Shown here piece by piece: positions 35,601 through 44,172 of a stretch of DNA of 62,329 bases. The notes beneath the pieces were generated by a model that had not been told where the DNA came from, ran no database searches, and saw nothing but the letters and a program-made list of their open reading frames with translations. The DNA comes from a virus (lineage: Duplodnaviria; Caudoviricetes). The stretch covers positions 1 to 62,329 of the IMG/VR virus record IMGVR_UViG_3300035670_000210; one strand, given 5' to 3'. How positions within the stretch are numbered: position 1 is the stretch's first letter; every line of letters begins with the position of its first letter. The position numbers were made by a program, and so were the translations under genes.

Positions 35601-38341
35601 AACGCAGAGTCATACGCAGAGCCTGCCGCACCCCCAAAAGATTCGGCTAGGTCTAGCGTAGCCGCAGTGCCGAGTGTCGCCCGCCGGGATAGGTCTTTTG
35701 CGACTTGTTCACCAGCAGTGCTGAGCAGGCGTTTGGTCACATTCCCGGTGCCACCACTGACCAGAAGAACCGGAATCTCTTGCAGGATTTCTTTACCGAT
35801 AATCTCGGCGAGAAACTGTACAGGAGCTTCTTGGAAGCCTCCCCACACAGATGCCACTTTTTCCCAGCCTTCACCCTCCGCCATACGCGTGTTCATACGC
35901 GTAACGGCGGCTTTCCACTCGGGGGTTTTCATGTCGCCGCCGAGAGCTAGCATGTCCCGGGCAAACGCACCTAGTGGGGTGCTGGCAGGGTTAATGTTAG
36001 CCAGCAAGACCATGTTATTGAACGTGTCGAGTAGTTCCCCACCCGCCTCTAGCGCAATGCCCGCAGTGTTCATAATACCGGGAGACGTTTTAGCGTACTC
36101 TACTACGTTCCGCGCGAACTCGGATACCGCCTGCCCAACCTGCGTGTCAATAATAGCCCCAGCAGCTTTGCTTAGGCCCCCAACCGCTTGGATAAACAGC
36201 GATGGGTCAGTTTCCTGCAAGTCGGTCAGATTCTGAGCCTTGGTGATATCTAGCTGAAGGCCCCCAACACGGGTCCCAGTTACGGCATCTACAAGCACGT
36301 AGGACCCATCAAGCTGAGTACCTTGCTCTACGTAGACTCTCTTTACCAGACGGTTAGATTCTGCGTCCCAGTATGGAGTATTTAGTTCTAAGCGACCCCA
36401 TTCAAGAAGCCCCTCGTTGTTAACAGTCAGACGAGCAGCGCCGGTAGCGATGTCTTGGTCCGTGATGCCAGTTTGACGACCAATAGTTTCTGCGGTCTGG
36501 ACGCGAGGCTTAGTCAATCCGGTGATGTCGTCTTGGGTTAGGTACTCCCCAACCATACCCGGCTTAAGTCCGGCTCGTTTTAGCGCGTCGTTGATCGCAG
36601 GTGTGATGGTCGTTACGCCAGCTACGTAATCCTGTGCGGCAACCCGGTCTGCGAGCGCCTTATTAGTGAGCAAATTATTTGCAAGCGTCTGTGTTGGAGC
36701 ATCGCGAAGTGCTTGAAGCGTGGGGTATTGTTTGTCGATGTTGGCCAAGAACGCTGCGCGCTCACCTTTAGTCATGTCGGCGAGTGACAAACCCGCACGC
36801 TCAAGTACAGAGTTGACGACCCTTTGCCGATACGCACCATATTCTTCGTTGTATGCGGCAAGATTGGTAGGTAGCCCCTGCTCCTTACCAGTGCTCAGCC
36901 AGTGTAGGTACGCATCTTCGTCTTTACCTAGTCCGGCAATTTTCCGATACTCTGCCTCGTTAAAGTTAGGGTCCATGAACTTAACGAACGTGCGGTCAAG
37001 TTCGTTGTACACAGGCTTCAGGTCTTCTGCGATGCGGTCCGAAGCGACCGAAAGATCGTCGACCAAATCATCGTACGTCTTTGACTCTTTTTCAAACTGC
37101 GCCTCAAAGTTGGCGACCTGTTGTTCGTAGAGGTCTAGGTTCGGCTTAAGTGTTTTCTCGTACTCTTTGTTAAACGCCGTGACATGCGTGTTAAAGGCTT
37201 TCACCGCAGCATCGAGCTTTTCAGCGTTTGCTTGGCTCTCGTTTGCTTGAAAGTTCTTGAGCGCACGTTCATAGTCCGTACGTAGAGCTTCTTGCTTTGT
37301 TACCCCGTCGTTAATCTTCTTTACAGTGGCGTTGTACTTATCAACTGCGCCCGAGTGCGACTTCACAACTCCGTCCATCTTCTCAGCTTGAGCTTGGGCG
37401 CGCTGGTAATCCCCGGTAATCTTGTCGATCGAGTTGTTGACCGCATCACCAAATTTGCTGTTATCGAGCCACTTAACGAACTCTTTTTCACCGTACTGGC
37501 TGAGCTGACTCAAAATAACGTCTGGTACGTTACCTCCGCTAAAAGCGGTTGCCGCGGTGCGCTGAATGCCAAGCGTGAGCGCGCTGAGCTGGTTGTCAGT
37601 AAGCTTCTGTGCGAGTCCGAGATTCTCTCCGAGGAAGGTATTTACGGTTTTCGTCACGCCCTCACTGGTAAGCAGCGCGTTCCAGATCAAGTCGGGTGTA
37701 AGCTCTTGACCCGTAAGCGCCGCGGATAGCCCAGAAGTAATCACGTTGCGTGCCACCGGCGGCAATTTTGAGAACGCACCTTCTGTATTAGTCTCCAACC
37801 AGCCAGCCGCCGCGCTAATGCCGCCAGATATGCCCCCTTGAATAAACGCTTTTACTGGGTCCTGCCCCATAACAAGTGCGACCGTCGCGCGACCTGCACC
37901 GGAACCTGCCGCCGAACTAACAAGCTGCGTAGCAAACGCGGACGCTCCCGCATTTACCATCGTTTGAGAGGCTAGTTCACCAGCAAGGTTTCCGACCTTA
38001 CCGCCGACGTAGGAGATAGCTGCTGACTTTAAGGCGTCACCAAACGAACCACCGTTTGCAAGCGTTGTAGCGCCGTCAATGAGCGGAATTGCCCACGCGT
38101 TACCCGTAAGTAGCGCCGCGGCTTTCGTTACAAACTGGCCAATGTCCGATGTAAGGACGCGTTTTACCGCCTTACCAACTGGCTTCACAATGTTATCGTA
38201 CACCCAGTCAGCTGCACCCGTCTTGTGCGATACAATAGCAGCCCCCACGCCCACCAGCGCTGCGGTGGCGATACTTGCACCGGCGGTTACGGCGACTGCA
38301 GCACCAGCTGCACCAAAGAAGATCGGGACAAGAACCGCCAT
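32609..38341 (-). CDS. 1910-aa ejected/internal virion protein with hydrophobic N-terminus and internal repeats
   Basis: N-terminal TM-like segment, coiled coil, 8 YVDPRQVT-type repeats, EF-hand/dockerin-like loop. Confidence 0.78.
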   Translation of the reverse strand: MAVLVPIFFGAAGAAVAVTAGASIATAALVGVGAAIVSHKTGAADWVYDNIVKPVGKAVKRVLTSDIGQFVTKAAALLTGNAWAIPLIDGATTLANGGSFGDALKSAAISYVGGKVGNLAGELASQTMVNAGASAFATQLVSSAAGSGAGRATVALVMGQDPVKAFIQGGISGGISAAAGWLETNTEGAFSKLPPVARNVITSGLSAALTGQELTPDLIWNALLTSEGVTKTVNTFLGENLGLAQKLTDNQLSALTLGIQRTAATAFSGGNVPDVILSQLSQYGEKEFVKWLDNSKFGDAVNNSIDKITGDYQRAQAQAEKMDGVVKSHSGAVDKYNATVKKINDGVTKQEALRTDYERALKNFQANESQANAEKLDAAVKAFNTHVTAFNKEYEKTLKPNLDLYEQQVANFEAQFEKESKTYDDLVDDLSVASDRIAEDLKPVYNELDRTFVKFMDPNFNEAEYRKIAGLGKDEDAYLHWLSTGKEQGLPTNLAAYNEEYGAYRQRVVNSVLERAGLSLADMTKGERAAFLANIDKQYPTLQALRDAPTQTLANNLLTNKALADRVAAQDYVAGVTTITPAINDALKRAGLKPGMVGEYLTQDDITGLTKPRVQTAETIGRQTGITDQDIATGAARLTVNNEGLLEWGRLELNTPYWDAESNRLVKRVYVEQGTQLDGSYVLVDAVTGTRVGGLQLDITKAQNLTDLQETDPSLFIQAVGGLSKAAGAIIDTQVGQAVSEFARNVVEYAKTSPGIMNTAGIALEAGGELLDTFNNMVLLANINPASTPLGAFARDMLALGGDMKTPEWKAAVTRMNTRMAEGEGWEKVASVWGGFQEAPVQFLAEIIGKEILQEIPVLLVSGGTGNVTKRLLSTAGEQVAKDLSRRATLGTAATLDLAESFGGAAGSAYDSAFTTARQSGMSEAEAEAYARDVAISAGMVGVTTTLISMGVMDGNAFEKSILARTDSGDTAKAFDLLTRRVTEGASVTWKEGVQESIEEGLPTLFTETVLAQIDPDRDVLGSVLQAATLGAVAGSGTAGGIYTGYATADALIRTNAAVRNAIARGGSNPQAAITALTNLGLTDKVAQNNLLSTVNTKYHSNGDVSRAFSAHPDFRVTNADILNGVLNATGQNVTTYINTYVDQRYVDIEEVKAAAAAEGVKLTDAQAQDMVTQTDNPNATQAALYSIQQKYDPQAVTKQEATAAFTAQGFKPSDAQIAQFVREGKEADVLKELEAYVDPRQVTTAEATQFFANLGYKPTAQEIKDFVGQGDEKFEGTAPTRVETYVNPRQVTKEEARKFFEELGYTPTDAQVTAFVAQVKETTQKEVISKYVDPRQVTRDELQAIAAEEGLTLTEALAQTYIGQSASDTFERKTLTTARAEYDPLATTLAEATQFFANTGYAATTKEIAQFVASKTEEAQTSAIGAYVNPRQVTEAEAKEFLSAIGYNPTKEEIKRFVGQANDANFQVTQRAEIDAYVDPRYVDAGEIRAAYEALGLVDVSQEDVDRFVGQFDEEKRLGEVRDYLPTATFNVIKQILGSPGVEDDPNTEADESKPATGIYAELEAGATRDEALKAAIEKVAGNLNTTKEALLEELGLTETRLLEEIDNVASDLSDVKEDVADVKEDVAGVKETLTDVEASILDRVDELETAGIKRDEALSTAIGDLATELGLTEESLLEQIGLTEEELLTEIGAAEERLGTQFTGDLQFVADLVGKPARDVTQVDVDFVADLIAQQEVITDLSMSQRQYDVTGDGQITQDDFALLEQALAGTDVTFAPGSIFGPATGIYAQQEQNLAAQLAAEAETQKQIEAQIQNQTELATQLQTQMSAQDEAARRRAFGDFVRQQQDVAGQRVDVRTPDPMRINYLYDFQSIFATPQQSSLFPSPYAKGGQVEGTTDKLLRIIGELK

Positions 38342-38814
38342 TAAACCCTCCAGAACTCTTTTAGGGAGTCATCCCCGATGTAGATGTACGCGCGGTATCC
38401 GCCGTTATCGAGCTGAACAACGTCGACTTCGGTGTCAGTGTCCTTTGTTTTATTATACCAAAACTGGAACGCAGACAAATACTCCTGCGCGTTGAAGTCT
38501 GTACGGTAGTAACGAATACCCTTGTTTTGTAGGTACGCCAGATATTTGAGTCCGCTGCGGACAAAATTCTGAGCGGTGTCGATGTTGAGGGCCCGACCCT
38601 CCATCACGTTCTCGTGCTCACCTTCGCCAATGTGCCCGATAAACACAGTATTCCCGATCTGTACCTGATCGGTGCTTGGCATAGCGAGTTCTTCAGCGAC
38701 AGCCGCAAGTACGTTCTGCAGCGGATATCCGGTATCGTTGAGGTCTTGGGCAAACCGCATGATTACTTCGGGCGCAGAAAGAAACTGCTTTTTGCTGTCC
38801 ACTACAGTTGCCAT
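38341..38814 (-). CDS. Putative GNAT-fold acyltransferase (T7 gp13/P22 gp14-like position)
   Basis: Apparent alpha-alpha-beta-beta-beta-alpha-G-beta pattern; stop/start overlaps on both sides; fold is inferred. Confidence 0.5.
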   Translation of the reverse strand: MATVVDSKKQFLSAPEVIMRFAQDLNDTGYPLQNVLAAVAEELAMPSTDQVQIGNTVFIGHIGEGEHENVMEGRALNIDTAQNFVRSGLKYLAYLQNKGIRYYRTDFNAQEYLSAFQFWYNKTKDTDTEVDVVQLDNGGYRAYIYIGDDSLKEFWRV

Positions 38815-39095
38815 CAAACAAACTCCAACAGGTTTTCCACGGACTCAGGTTCTTGTGTTTTGTGTTTGTCCACGTAGTCACGCAGGTCTGCGATTGTAAA
38901 TTTACCCGAGTTGTCGAACTGCGCGTTACGAGGTATACCGTACGCATCGGTCAAAACCGCTACGACCATTACCATATCTAAGCTGTCAATTCCGAGCTCA
39001 TCTGGAGAGTCAGCATAGTCTTTAGCATCTGCACCGCTTACCTTGCGAGATGCGGTGGCTCCGACTACGGCGTTAAAGGCGACTAGGAAGTCCAT
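38814..39095 (-). CDS. Acyl carrier protein-like (93 aa)
   Basis: ELGIDSLDMVMVVAVL..AYGI..TIADLRDYV: phosphopantetheine DSL motif, acidic; ATG 39095. Confidence 0.85.
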   Translation of the reverse strand: MDFLVAFNAVVGATASRKVSGADAKDYADSPDELGIDSLDMVMVVAVLTDAYGIPRNAQFDNSGKFTIADLRDYVDKHKTQEPESVENLLEFV

Positions 39096-39102
39096 AAATT
39101 CC

Positions 39103-39720
39103 CTACAAGTTGCTGGAGAAGCTGACAGCGACAACAGCCGCTGGGATACCCGGATGCGGTGCAGTGGCTGCGGTGGACTGGAGCGATAGTGCTGTACTGC
39201 TAGTTGCCCAATACATTTCGATGTACTGCCCAGCGGTAAGATCAATCGAGAAGTTCCAGTGGGTTGTTTGAGCCCCACTACCTTTGATAGACGTAGCTTG
39301 CCCACCATACGGCACGTCAGCACCGTTTTTGTTGATCCATGTCCACAACGTCACTGTGGACGCGTCGGAGTGCTCCGTCTGCAGAGTAACCTGAAAGCTA
39401 TATATCCCGGCGGCGGTGACAGTGATACGGGTATCGCTTACAACACTTACTCCACTGCCGAGGTATGTGATTTCAAACTCGACGGGATACCCCGTGTTTG
39501 CTACGGCAGCTGTCTGGTCTGTGGTGCTGTAAAACAGCCCTTGCGGCATGTAGAGAAATCTACCGCCGTTATTGACACTAAGTAACGTGTTTAACAGGCT
39601 GGTAATCCGGGTGAAAAACAGACGCAGCACGTTGCTGTTCTGGTCCATAAAAGGCCGATCGTACTGTTCCGGTGCGAGCGGTAGGGCGGGGGGCTCGGCT
39701 TTTTGAATTTCGTTCGCCAC
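39103..39720 (-). CDS. Tail-associated protein (C-terminal beta-sandwich)
   Basis: GTG start overlapping the upstream TAG; PPALPLAP N-terminus; GIYSFQ. Confidence 0.7.
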   Translation of the reverse strand: MANEIQKAEPPALPLAPEQYDRPFMDQNSNVLRLFFTRITSLLNTLLSVNNGGRFLYMPQGLFYSTTDQTAAVANTGYPVEFEITYLGSGVSVVSDTRITVTAAGIYSFQVTLQTEHSDASTVTLWTWINKNGADVPYGGQATSIKGSGAQTTHWNFSIDLTAGQYIEMYWATSSTALSLQSTAATAPHPGIPAAVVAVSFSSNL

Positions 39721-41564
39721 TACCGCCTCCCATCCGGGCGGATATCGATGCGTGGTGTGCCAAGCTGCCACTGCACCCCCACCGCGGTCGACTCGATCTT
39801 AATAGCCAACTGCCGTCCGCGCACACGTGTATATACCTGACCTGTATACTGTTCGATGGGTACTACGGAAGTCCGCGTGACCGTAGCAACGTTTGTCCCA
39901 CCCTCAGACGCCGGGGTGTTATACCCCGAACCGGAGTTTGCCAGCGGCAGCAGTGTCATTGTCACGCTAGGGTTATTAGCAGTGGACCCGTCGAAGCGAA
40001 GATCAGGCAGCATGCGCCATATGAATGAGAAGCGGTCCCCTTCCCCCAAAGCAAACTGCGTTGACGCGATGTACGCGTGAATCGGGAGCGTGGTGTCGCC
40101 TTCGTTGTTGTCGAGGCCATCTTCATGATCGACAAGGTTGTTAGAATACGTGGCCGCAAGCGGGTGATCCCGCAGGCCCGAATCCAACCATGCCGAACGC
40201 CCGAGTTCACCGTAGTACCAGACATCTTCTAAGTAGTTATAGACTACATAGCGATCGTTCTGCGTGGCACTGGATGAACAATAGAACCACCAAATCTCAT
40301 GGAAGGCTTCATTGGTTCCAGAGCACACCTGCTCATACTGCTGGTGGTTGAAGTCGTCGAAGATAAACTTGCGGAGGTCACAGCGCAAAGGTTGCGTGCG
40401 CCCGTCATATTTGTAGAACTTATCGTTACCCATCCAATAAGCTACGCCGTTGGCGTATGCCACTGCGTTCTGAGATGCGATGGAGATGTTCTCCCCCACG
40501 AGCTGCGCGCCCCAAACAACCGGAGCACCCTGATATTGCAGGGAGTAGAGGGCAGCGTCTGTCCACACCAAGATTTCTTGGCGCGACTGGGCCGCGGTAA
40601 TGATTTCACTGCCCCGAGATAGCCGCAGGCTACCCGCTTGGTTTGTCGCAGCGGGGGTCCAAAGCGTAGCGTTTTCTTGGTCGGACCAGCGGATCAGCAT
40701 CGGGTCCTGTGTCGCGCTACCAATCTCGTTACAACCCATACAGAAGACGAACCTACTTACGTCGGATATTGTAATAAAGTTTTGTACCGTGGGGACGTTA
40801 GACGCTCCGCCGAGCGAGGACAGCAATACGCCGCGCGTAGCTAGGCCACTGGTCGCATCCCAGTAATAGACCGCACCGCCGCGCGGGCCGAATACTAGGT
40901 CCTCACCAAAGTTGTTTTGGCTCCACAAGCGCAGCGAGTCTGTAGAGGATGCACCAATACCCCAAGTGCCGGAACTCCACGTAGATGCACCCCAGCCGGT
41001 CAACGGCACGGTAAAAGCCGGTCCAGTATTGATCTGATAGGCTGCAGTGACAGACCCACCGCCGGTGGTGCTCGATGACGCCGGTGTGCCAACGTCGATG
41101 GTGTAAGTTGCGGCACCGATAAGCGTGAGTTGATATTCCCCACTGGGTGTGACGCCCCCAACGGCAGTAGCACCACTAAACGTGACGAAGTCTCCATCAA
41201 GATAGCCGCCAGCTGCATCGGTAACTTCTACGATCGACGAGCCCGCGGTGGTCTCAAACGGGTTGGTAAGGCTTACTGTCGCGCGAAGTGGGGTGATATC
41301 GCTATATGATCCGCCTTGCTCGATATAGAACTTCAGATTGGTGCCTACACCAATCAAGTTCTGGCTACCCAGCGTGATCCAGTTCCATAAAGAGCGGCAC
41401 ACCCCAAGGTAGGTGGTCCCAGAAATACGCTGCCAACCGCCGATCTTCTCTGGCAGGCCTTGGCGGAACCGCACATTGTCGCCCTCGTACCAACGGCCCT
41501 CGTTGGTATAGCTGGTGTTTTCGCGGTTAATTCCCGGTTGGAAGCGTATGTTCTGTAGCGGCAT
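39720..41564 (-). CDS. Tail nozzle/packaged-DNA stabilisation protein (P22 gp10-like)
   Basis: NVRFRQGLPEKIGGW, IRWSDQE, beta-propeller-like composition, position. Confidence 0.75.
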   Translation of the reverse strand: MPLQNIRFQPGINRENTSYTNEGRWYEGDNVRFRQGLPEKIGGWQRISGTTYLGVCRSLWNWITLGSQNLIGVGTNLKFYIEQGGSYSDITPLRATVSLTNPFETTAGSSIVEVTDAAGGYLDGDFVTFSGATAVGGVTPSGEYQLTLIGAATYTIDVGTPASSSTTGGGSVTAAYQINTGPAFTVPLTGWGASTWSSGTWGIGASSTDSLRLWSQNNFGEDLVFGPRGGAVYYWDATSGLATRGVLLSSLGGASNVPTVQNFITISDVSRFVFCMGCNEIGSATQDPMLIRWSDQENATLWTPAATNQAGSLRLSRGSEIITAAQSRQEILVWTDAALYSLQYQGAPVVWGAQLVGENISIASQNAVAYANGVAYWMGNDKFYKYDGRTQPLRCDLRKFIFDDFNHQQYEQVCSGTNEAFHEIWWFYCSSSATQNDRYVVYNYLEDVWYYGELGRSAWLDSGLRDHPLAATYSNNLVDHEDGLDNNEGDTTLPIHAYIASTQFALGEGDRFSFIWRMLPDLRFDGSTANNPSVTMTLLPLANSGSGYNTPASEGGTNVATVTRTSVVPIEQYTGQVYTRVRGRQLAIKIESTAVGVQWQLGTPRIDIRPDGRR

Positions 41565-41572
41565 ATCTTACC

Positions 41573-41782
41573 TCACATGGAACCCCCAAATAGGGGCAGC
41601 GTCGTCACTTGGATAGAGACACTCTGCTTTAGATTCAGCGGTTCGCCACAGTCAGAGCAAGCATCTGCGGATATCTCGGTTTCGTCTAGATCATATCCAC
41701 AATGAGCGCAAACTTGTTCAACAGTGTGTGCAGGCTCTATTACACCATCACCTAAGTCACGTGGTTTATTTTCTACACGCAT
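41573..41782 (-). CDS. Small zinc-ribbon protein
   Basis: CAHCG..CSDCG. Confidence 0.7.
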   Translation of the reverse strand: MRVENKPRDLGDGVIEPAHTVEQVCAHCGYDLDETEISADACSDCGEPLNLKQSVSIQVTTLPLFGGSM

Positions 41783-41790
41783 CGGGTCTC

Positions 41791-42639
41791 CTATTTCATC
41801 AACGCCGCAAGAGTTTTAGGGCCAGCCACGCCGTCGGCAGTCAGACCGTTTGCAGCCTGCCACTTCTTGAGCGCAGCCTCGGTGCCGGGGCCGAAGTCAC
41901 CGTCGGCTGTTAGGCCGAGTTTAGCCTGCATCTTTTTGACGGCCTCACCCTTCGAACCACGGCGTAGGGTCTCAGACACAGCTGCCGTTACGGGGGCAGC
42001 GGCGTCGATCTTACCACCCAAAGCAGCCATAGCTTTGGCATAGCGCGCCTGACGATCCGCTAGGCCGATGTTGCCCCCGTTGATCTTCTTCGTGAGTGCA
42101 GCCACGTCACCAGTGTCGGCAATCGGGTTCAGCTTGTTGGTGTTCCAGAACCACAGTGCCGATGCCAACGCACCTTCCTTGGTTTCTACCCACACGGCAG
42201 CTTCTTCCGCTGTCAGGTCGTAGTCCTTGGCGAAGCGAGTGTAGTTATCCCGGCCAGTGAGCTGCTTCAGCCCACGGCCACGAAAGCGCCAGCCGTCACC
42301 AGGCTGCACGTTGCCCAGCTTGGATGTGCGGAACTCGTCCATGTAGACGTAGTTGGCGATCTTCTCAGGGTTCTTGGCATACTCGGCGGCGTTGCGCTTG
42401 CCGGGGCCGAAGTAGCGCGGGAACACCTTGTTCAGCGTTTCCTCGCGGTAGTTGAGGTTCTCGGACATGGCGTTGAAGTCCATCGACTCGTGAGCGCACT
42501 GCGAGATGAACCCGGCGATGCGCTGGTCAGTCGTGATGTCGTACTTCGGCAGTGCTTTGTTCAGCTCCTCGCACCAAGCCTCGACCTCCTTATTGGTGGG
42601 GATCATCGCGCGCAGCTGGTCTACGGTAATTAGGCTCAT
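41791..42639 (-). CDS. Endolysin: GH19 chitinase-like domain + peptidoglycan-binding domain
   Basis: QCAHES, ENLNY, FRGRGLKQLTGRDNY, INGG; C-terminal LRRGSKG..DGDFGPGT..DGVAGPKT. Confidence 0.93.
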   Translation of the reverse strand: MSLITVDQLRAMIPTNKEVEAWCEELNKALPKYDITTDQRIAGFISQCAHESMDFNAMSENLNYREETLNKVFPRYFGPGKRNAAEYAKNPEKIANYVYMDEFRTSKLGNVQPGDGWRFRGRGLKQLTGRDNYTRFAKDYDLTAEEAAVWVETKEGALASALWFWNTNKLNPIADTGDVAALTKKINGGNIGLADRQARYAKAMAALGGKIDAAAPVTAAVSETLRRGSKGEAVKKMQAKLGLTADGDFGPGTEAALKKWQAANGLTADGVAGPKTLAALMK

Positions 42640-42649
42640 CGTCTATCTC

Positions 42650-43057
42650 CTATTCGCACCAAGACTGCTTGGCGTCACCTTTGTATGGACGGGCTAGGCC
42701 CGCGGAAATCAGGCTTTGGGCTAGGCTCTGATGGTCTAGATAGACCTCACCCAGCACCCGGCCACCGTACTTGTCCCACTTGAGGATCACGACATCGACT
42801 TCGAGGGCGTTGGCGACCGCGTCTTTTGTAAAGGCGCTGGCCTTCTTGGCCAAGGCGGCCTCGGCATCACACTGTGCGCGAGGTGCTTTCTCTGGGGTGT
42901 CGATGCCAATCACCCGGATTGAGAGCTTGGGCGGGAGGGGCGACGGGAGAAAATCCACCGCAATCTCCACCGTATCGCCGTCGATGATCCTAGTGATCTC
43001 GTAGGGCGTAGAAAACGCAGGGGTTGCTGACAAGAGCAGGGCAACGAACCACCTCAT
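42650..43057 (-). CDS. SNase/thermonuclease-family protein with signal peptide
   Basis: IIDGDT, RVIGIDTPE, DKYGGR; MRWFVALLLSATPAFS leader. Confidence 0.88.
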   Translation of the reverse strand: MRWFVALLLSATPAFSTPYEITRIIDGDTVEIAVDFLPSPLPPKLSIRVIGIDTPEKAPRAQCDAEAALAKKASAFTKDAVANALEVDVVILKWDKYGGRVLGEVYLDHQSLAQSLISAGLARPYKGDAKQSWCE

Positions 43058-43281
43058 TTCTTGGGTCTCTTGGTCGGCACCTTCTTGGTGAGCTCACCAA
43101 GAACAGCCTCTTTCGCCATGTCCGTGCCCATGCCGCCGAGCAGGTCGCCGACGTTTCCAGTGGCGGCAACCTTGATGGCGTTCTCCACCGGGTCAGGCAG
43201 GTTCACCTTGTCCAGCACTGCGTCCACGGCTCTCTCTTTCAGCTTGCGGCCAATGAGCATTCCAACCATGCGTCCAATCAT
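43054..43281 (-). CDS. Hypothetical protein
   Basis: AGGAG RBS, ATGA couplings. Confidence 0.7.
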   Translation of the reverse strand: MIGRMVGMLIGRKLKERAVDAVLDKVNLPDPVENAIKVAATGNVGDLLGGMGTDMAKEAVLGELTKKVPTKRPKK

Positions 43282-43559
43282 TCGGTGTACTCCTGTGTTG
43301 GCGGCTCGTCATTGCCACCCTTGTTGCGGTTGTTGCCTGCCGCCATCACGCCGCCGAGAGCGCCGACGATGAACGAGGCGATGGGCGTCAGCAGTTCAAA
43401 GAACTTGCGGTCATTTTCGCTCGACTCTCCAAGAGGCTGGGTCACGAAGACAAGGCTGTAGAGGATGGTGAAGATGGTGCCAGCCAAGATCACCACCAAG
43501 GCGCACCCGATGAAGTAGCGCAGCTTGGCTTCCATGATTTCTGGATCGTTCTTGCTCAT
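43278..43559 (-). CDS. Two-TM membrane protein (holin candidate)
   Basis: Two hydrophobic helices; near the endolysin. Confidence 0.65.
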   Translation of the reverse strand: MSKNDPEIMEAKLRYFIGCALVVILAGTIFTILYSLVFVTQPLGESSENDRKFFELLTPIASFIVGALGGVMAAGNNRNKGGNDEPPTQEYTE

Positions 43560-43744
43560 TCTGAGGCTCCTGTCAGATCGGTCGCACAGTTCTTTGTGCG
43601 AAGGCAAATAGGGGGTTGGCACTCAACCGCAGACCAATTGGCTGGGTCTTGGCAGGGATAGCGATAAAACCCGTCACCAGACAGGTAGAAGATCGCGGCG
43701 ATAGCGACGGCAAAGCCGCCCCAGACAAAGTACTCGGTCTTCAT
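43556..43744 (-). CDS. Membrane-anchored Cys-rich small protein
   Basis: N-terminal TM, YRYPCQDPANW..ECQPPIC..C. Confidence 0.7.
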   Translation of the reverse strand: MKTEYFVWGGFAVAIAAIFYLSGDGFYRYPCQDPANWSAVECQPPICLRTKNCATDLTGASE

Positions 43745-44172
43745 TGCATCGGGTTCCTTATCAGATCGTCCATAGCTTTCCACAGGTCCTCGATCTCTGC
43801 ATCGTACGATTGCAGCTTGCCGTCGATGCCGGACGTGACGCCCTCGGCTTTCTCCACCTTAGACCGCAGGTCCATCAACTCTTTCTGCTGCTCAAGGATC
43901 GTCCCCATCTGGGTCGAGATTGCCGACAGCTTCGGTGCAAGGCCGCGCACATCGTTGTCTTGGATTGCTTGCTCAAGGGTTTGCACCCGGCTGACCACAT
44001 CCAGAACTTCGGCAACGCTTTCCTCCACGCCCCAGAACCGATTGACCACATCGTAGCCATAGTAAATCGTGCCGCTGATACCAGACAGGACGGGCAGGGC
44101 GGCGGCGAACCACCAGCCCTTTACGTCAAAGCCCGCGATCCGCAGGCCAGTGGTTTCAGCTTCTTCGCTCAC
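43741..44172 (-). CDS. TM + coiled-coil protein (i-spanin-like architecture)
   Basis: TM near the N-terminus followed by heptad repeats; GTG start. Confidence 0.65.
   Translation of the reverse strand: MSEEAETTGLRIAGFDVKGWWFAAALPVLSGISGTIYYGYDVVNRFWGVEESVAEVLDVVSRVQTLEQAIQDNDVRGLAPKLSAISTQMGTILEQQKELMDLRSKVEKAEGVTSGIDGKLQSYDAEIEDLWKAMDDLIRNPMQ

Noticed and set aside
22304-38341. Virion RNA polymerase (N4- or crAss-like) in the giant proteins, using the palindromes as hairpin promoters
   Set aside because: No DxDGD or T7-type polymerase motifs were found, and early genes have strong host sigma70 promoters.
39096-39323. N-terminal extension of the 169-aa ORF 38814..39323
   Set aside because: It overlaps the upstream tail gene. 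The ACP-sized product starts at ATG 39095.
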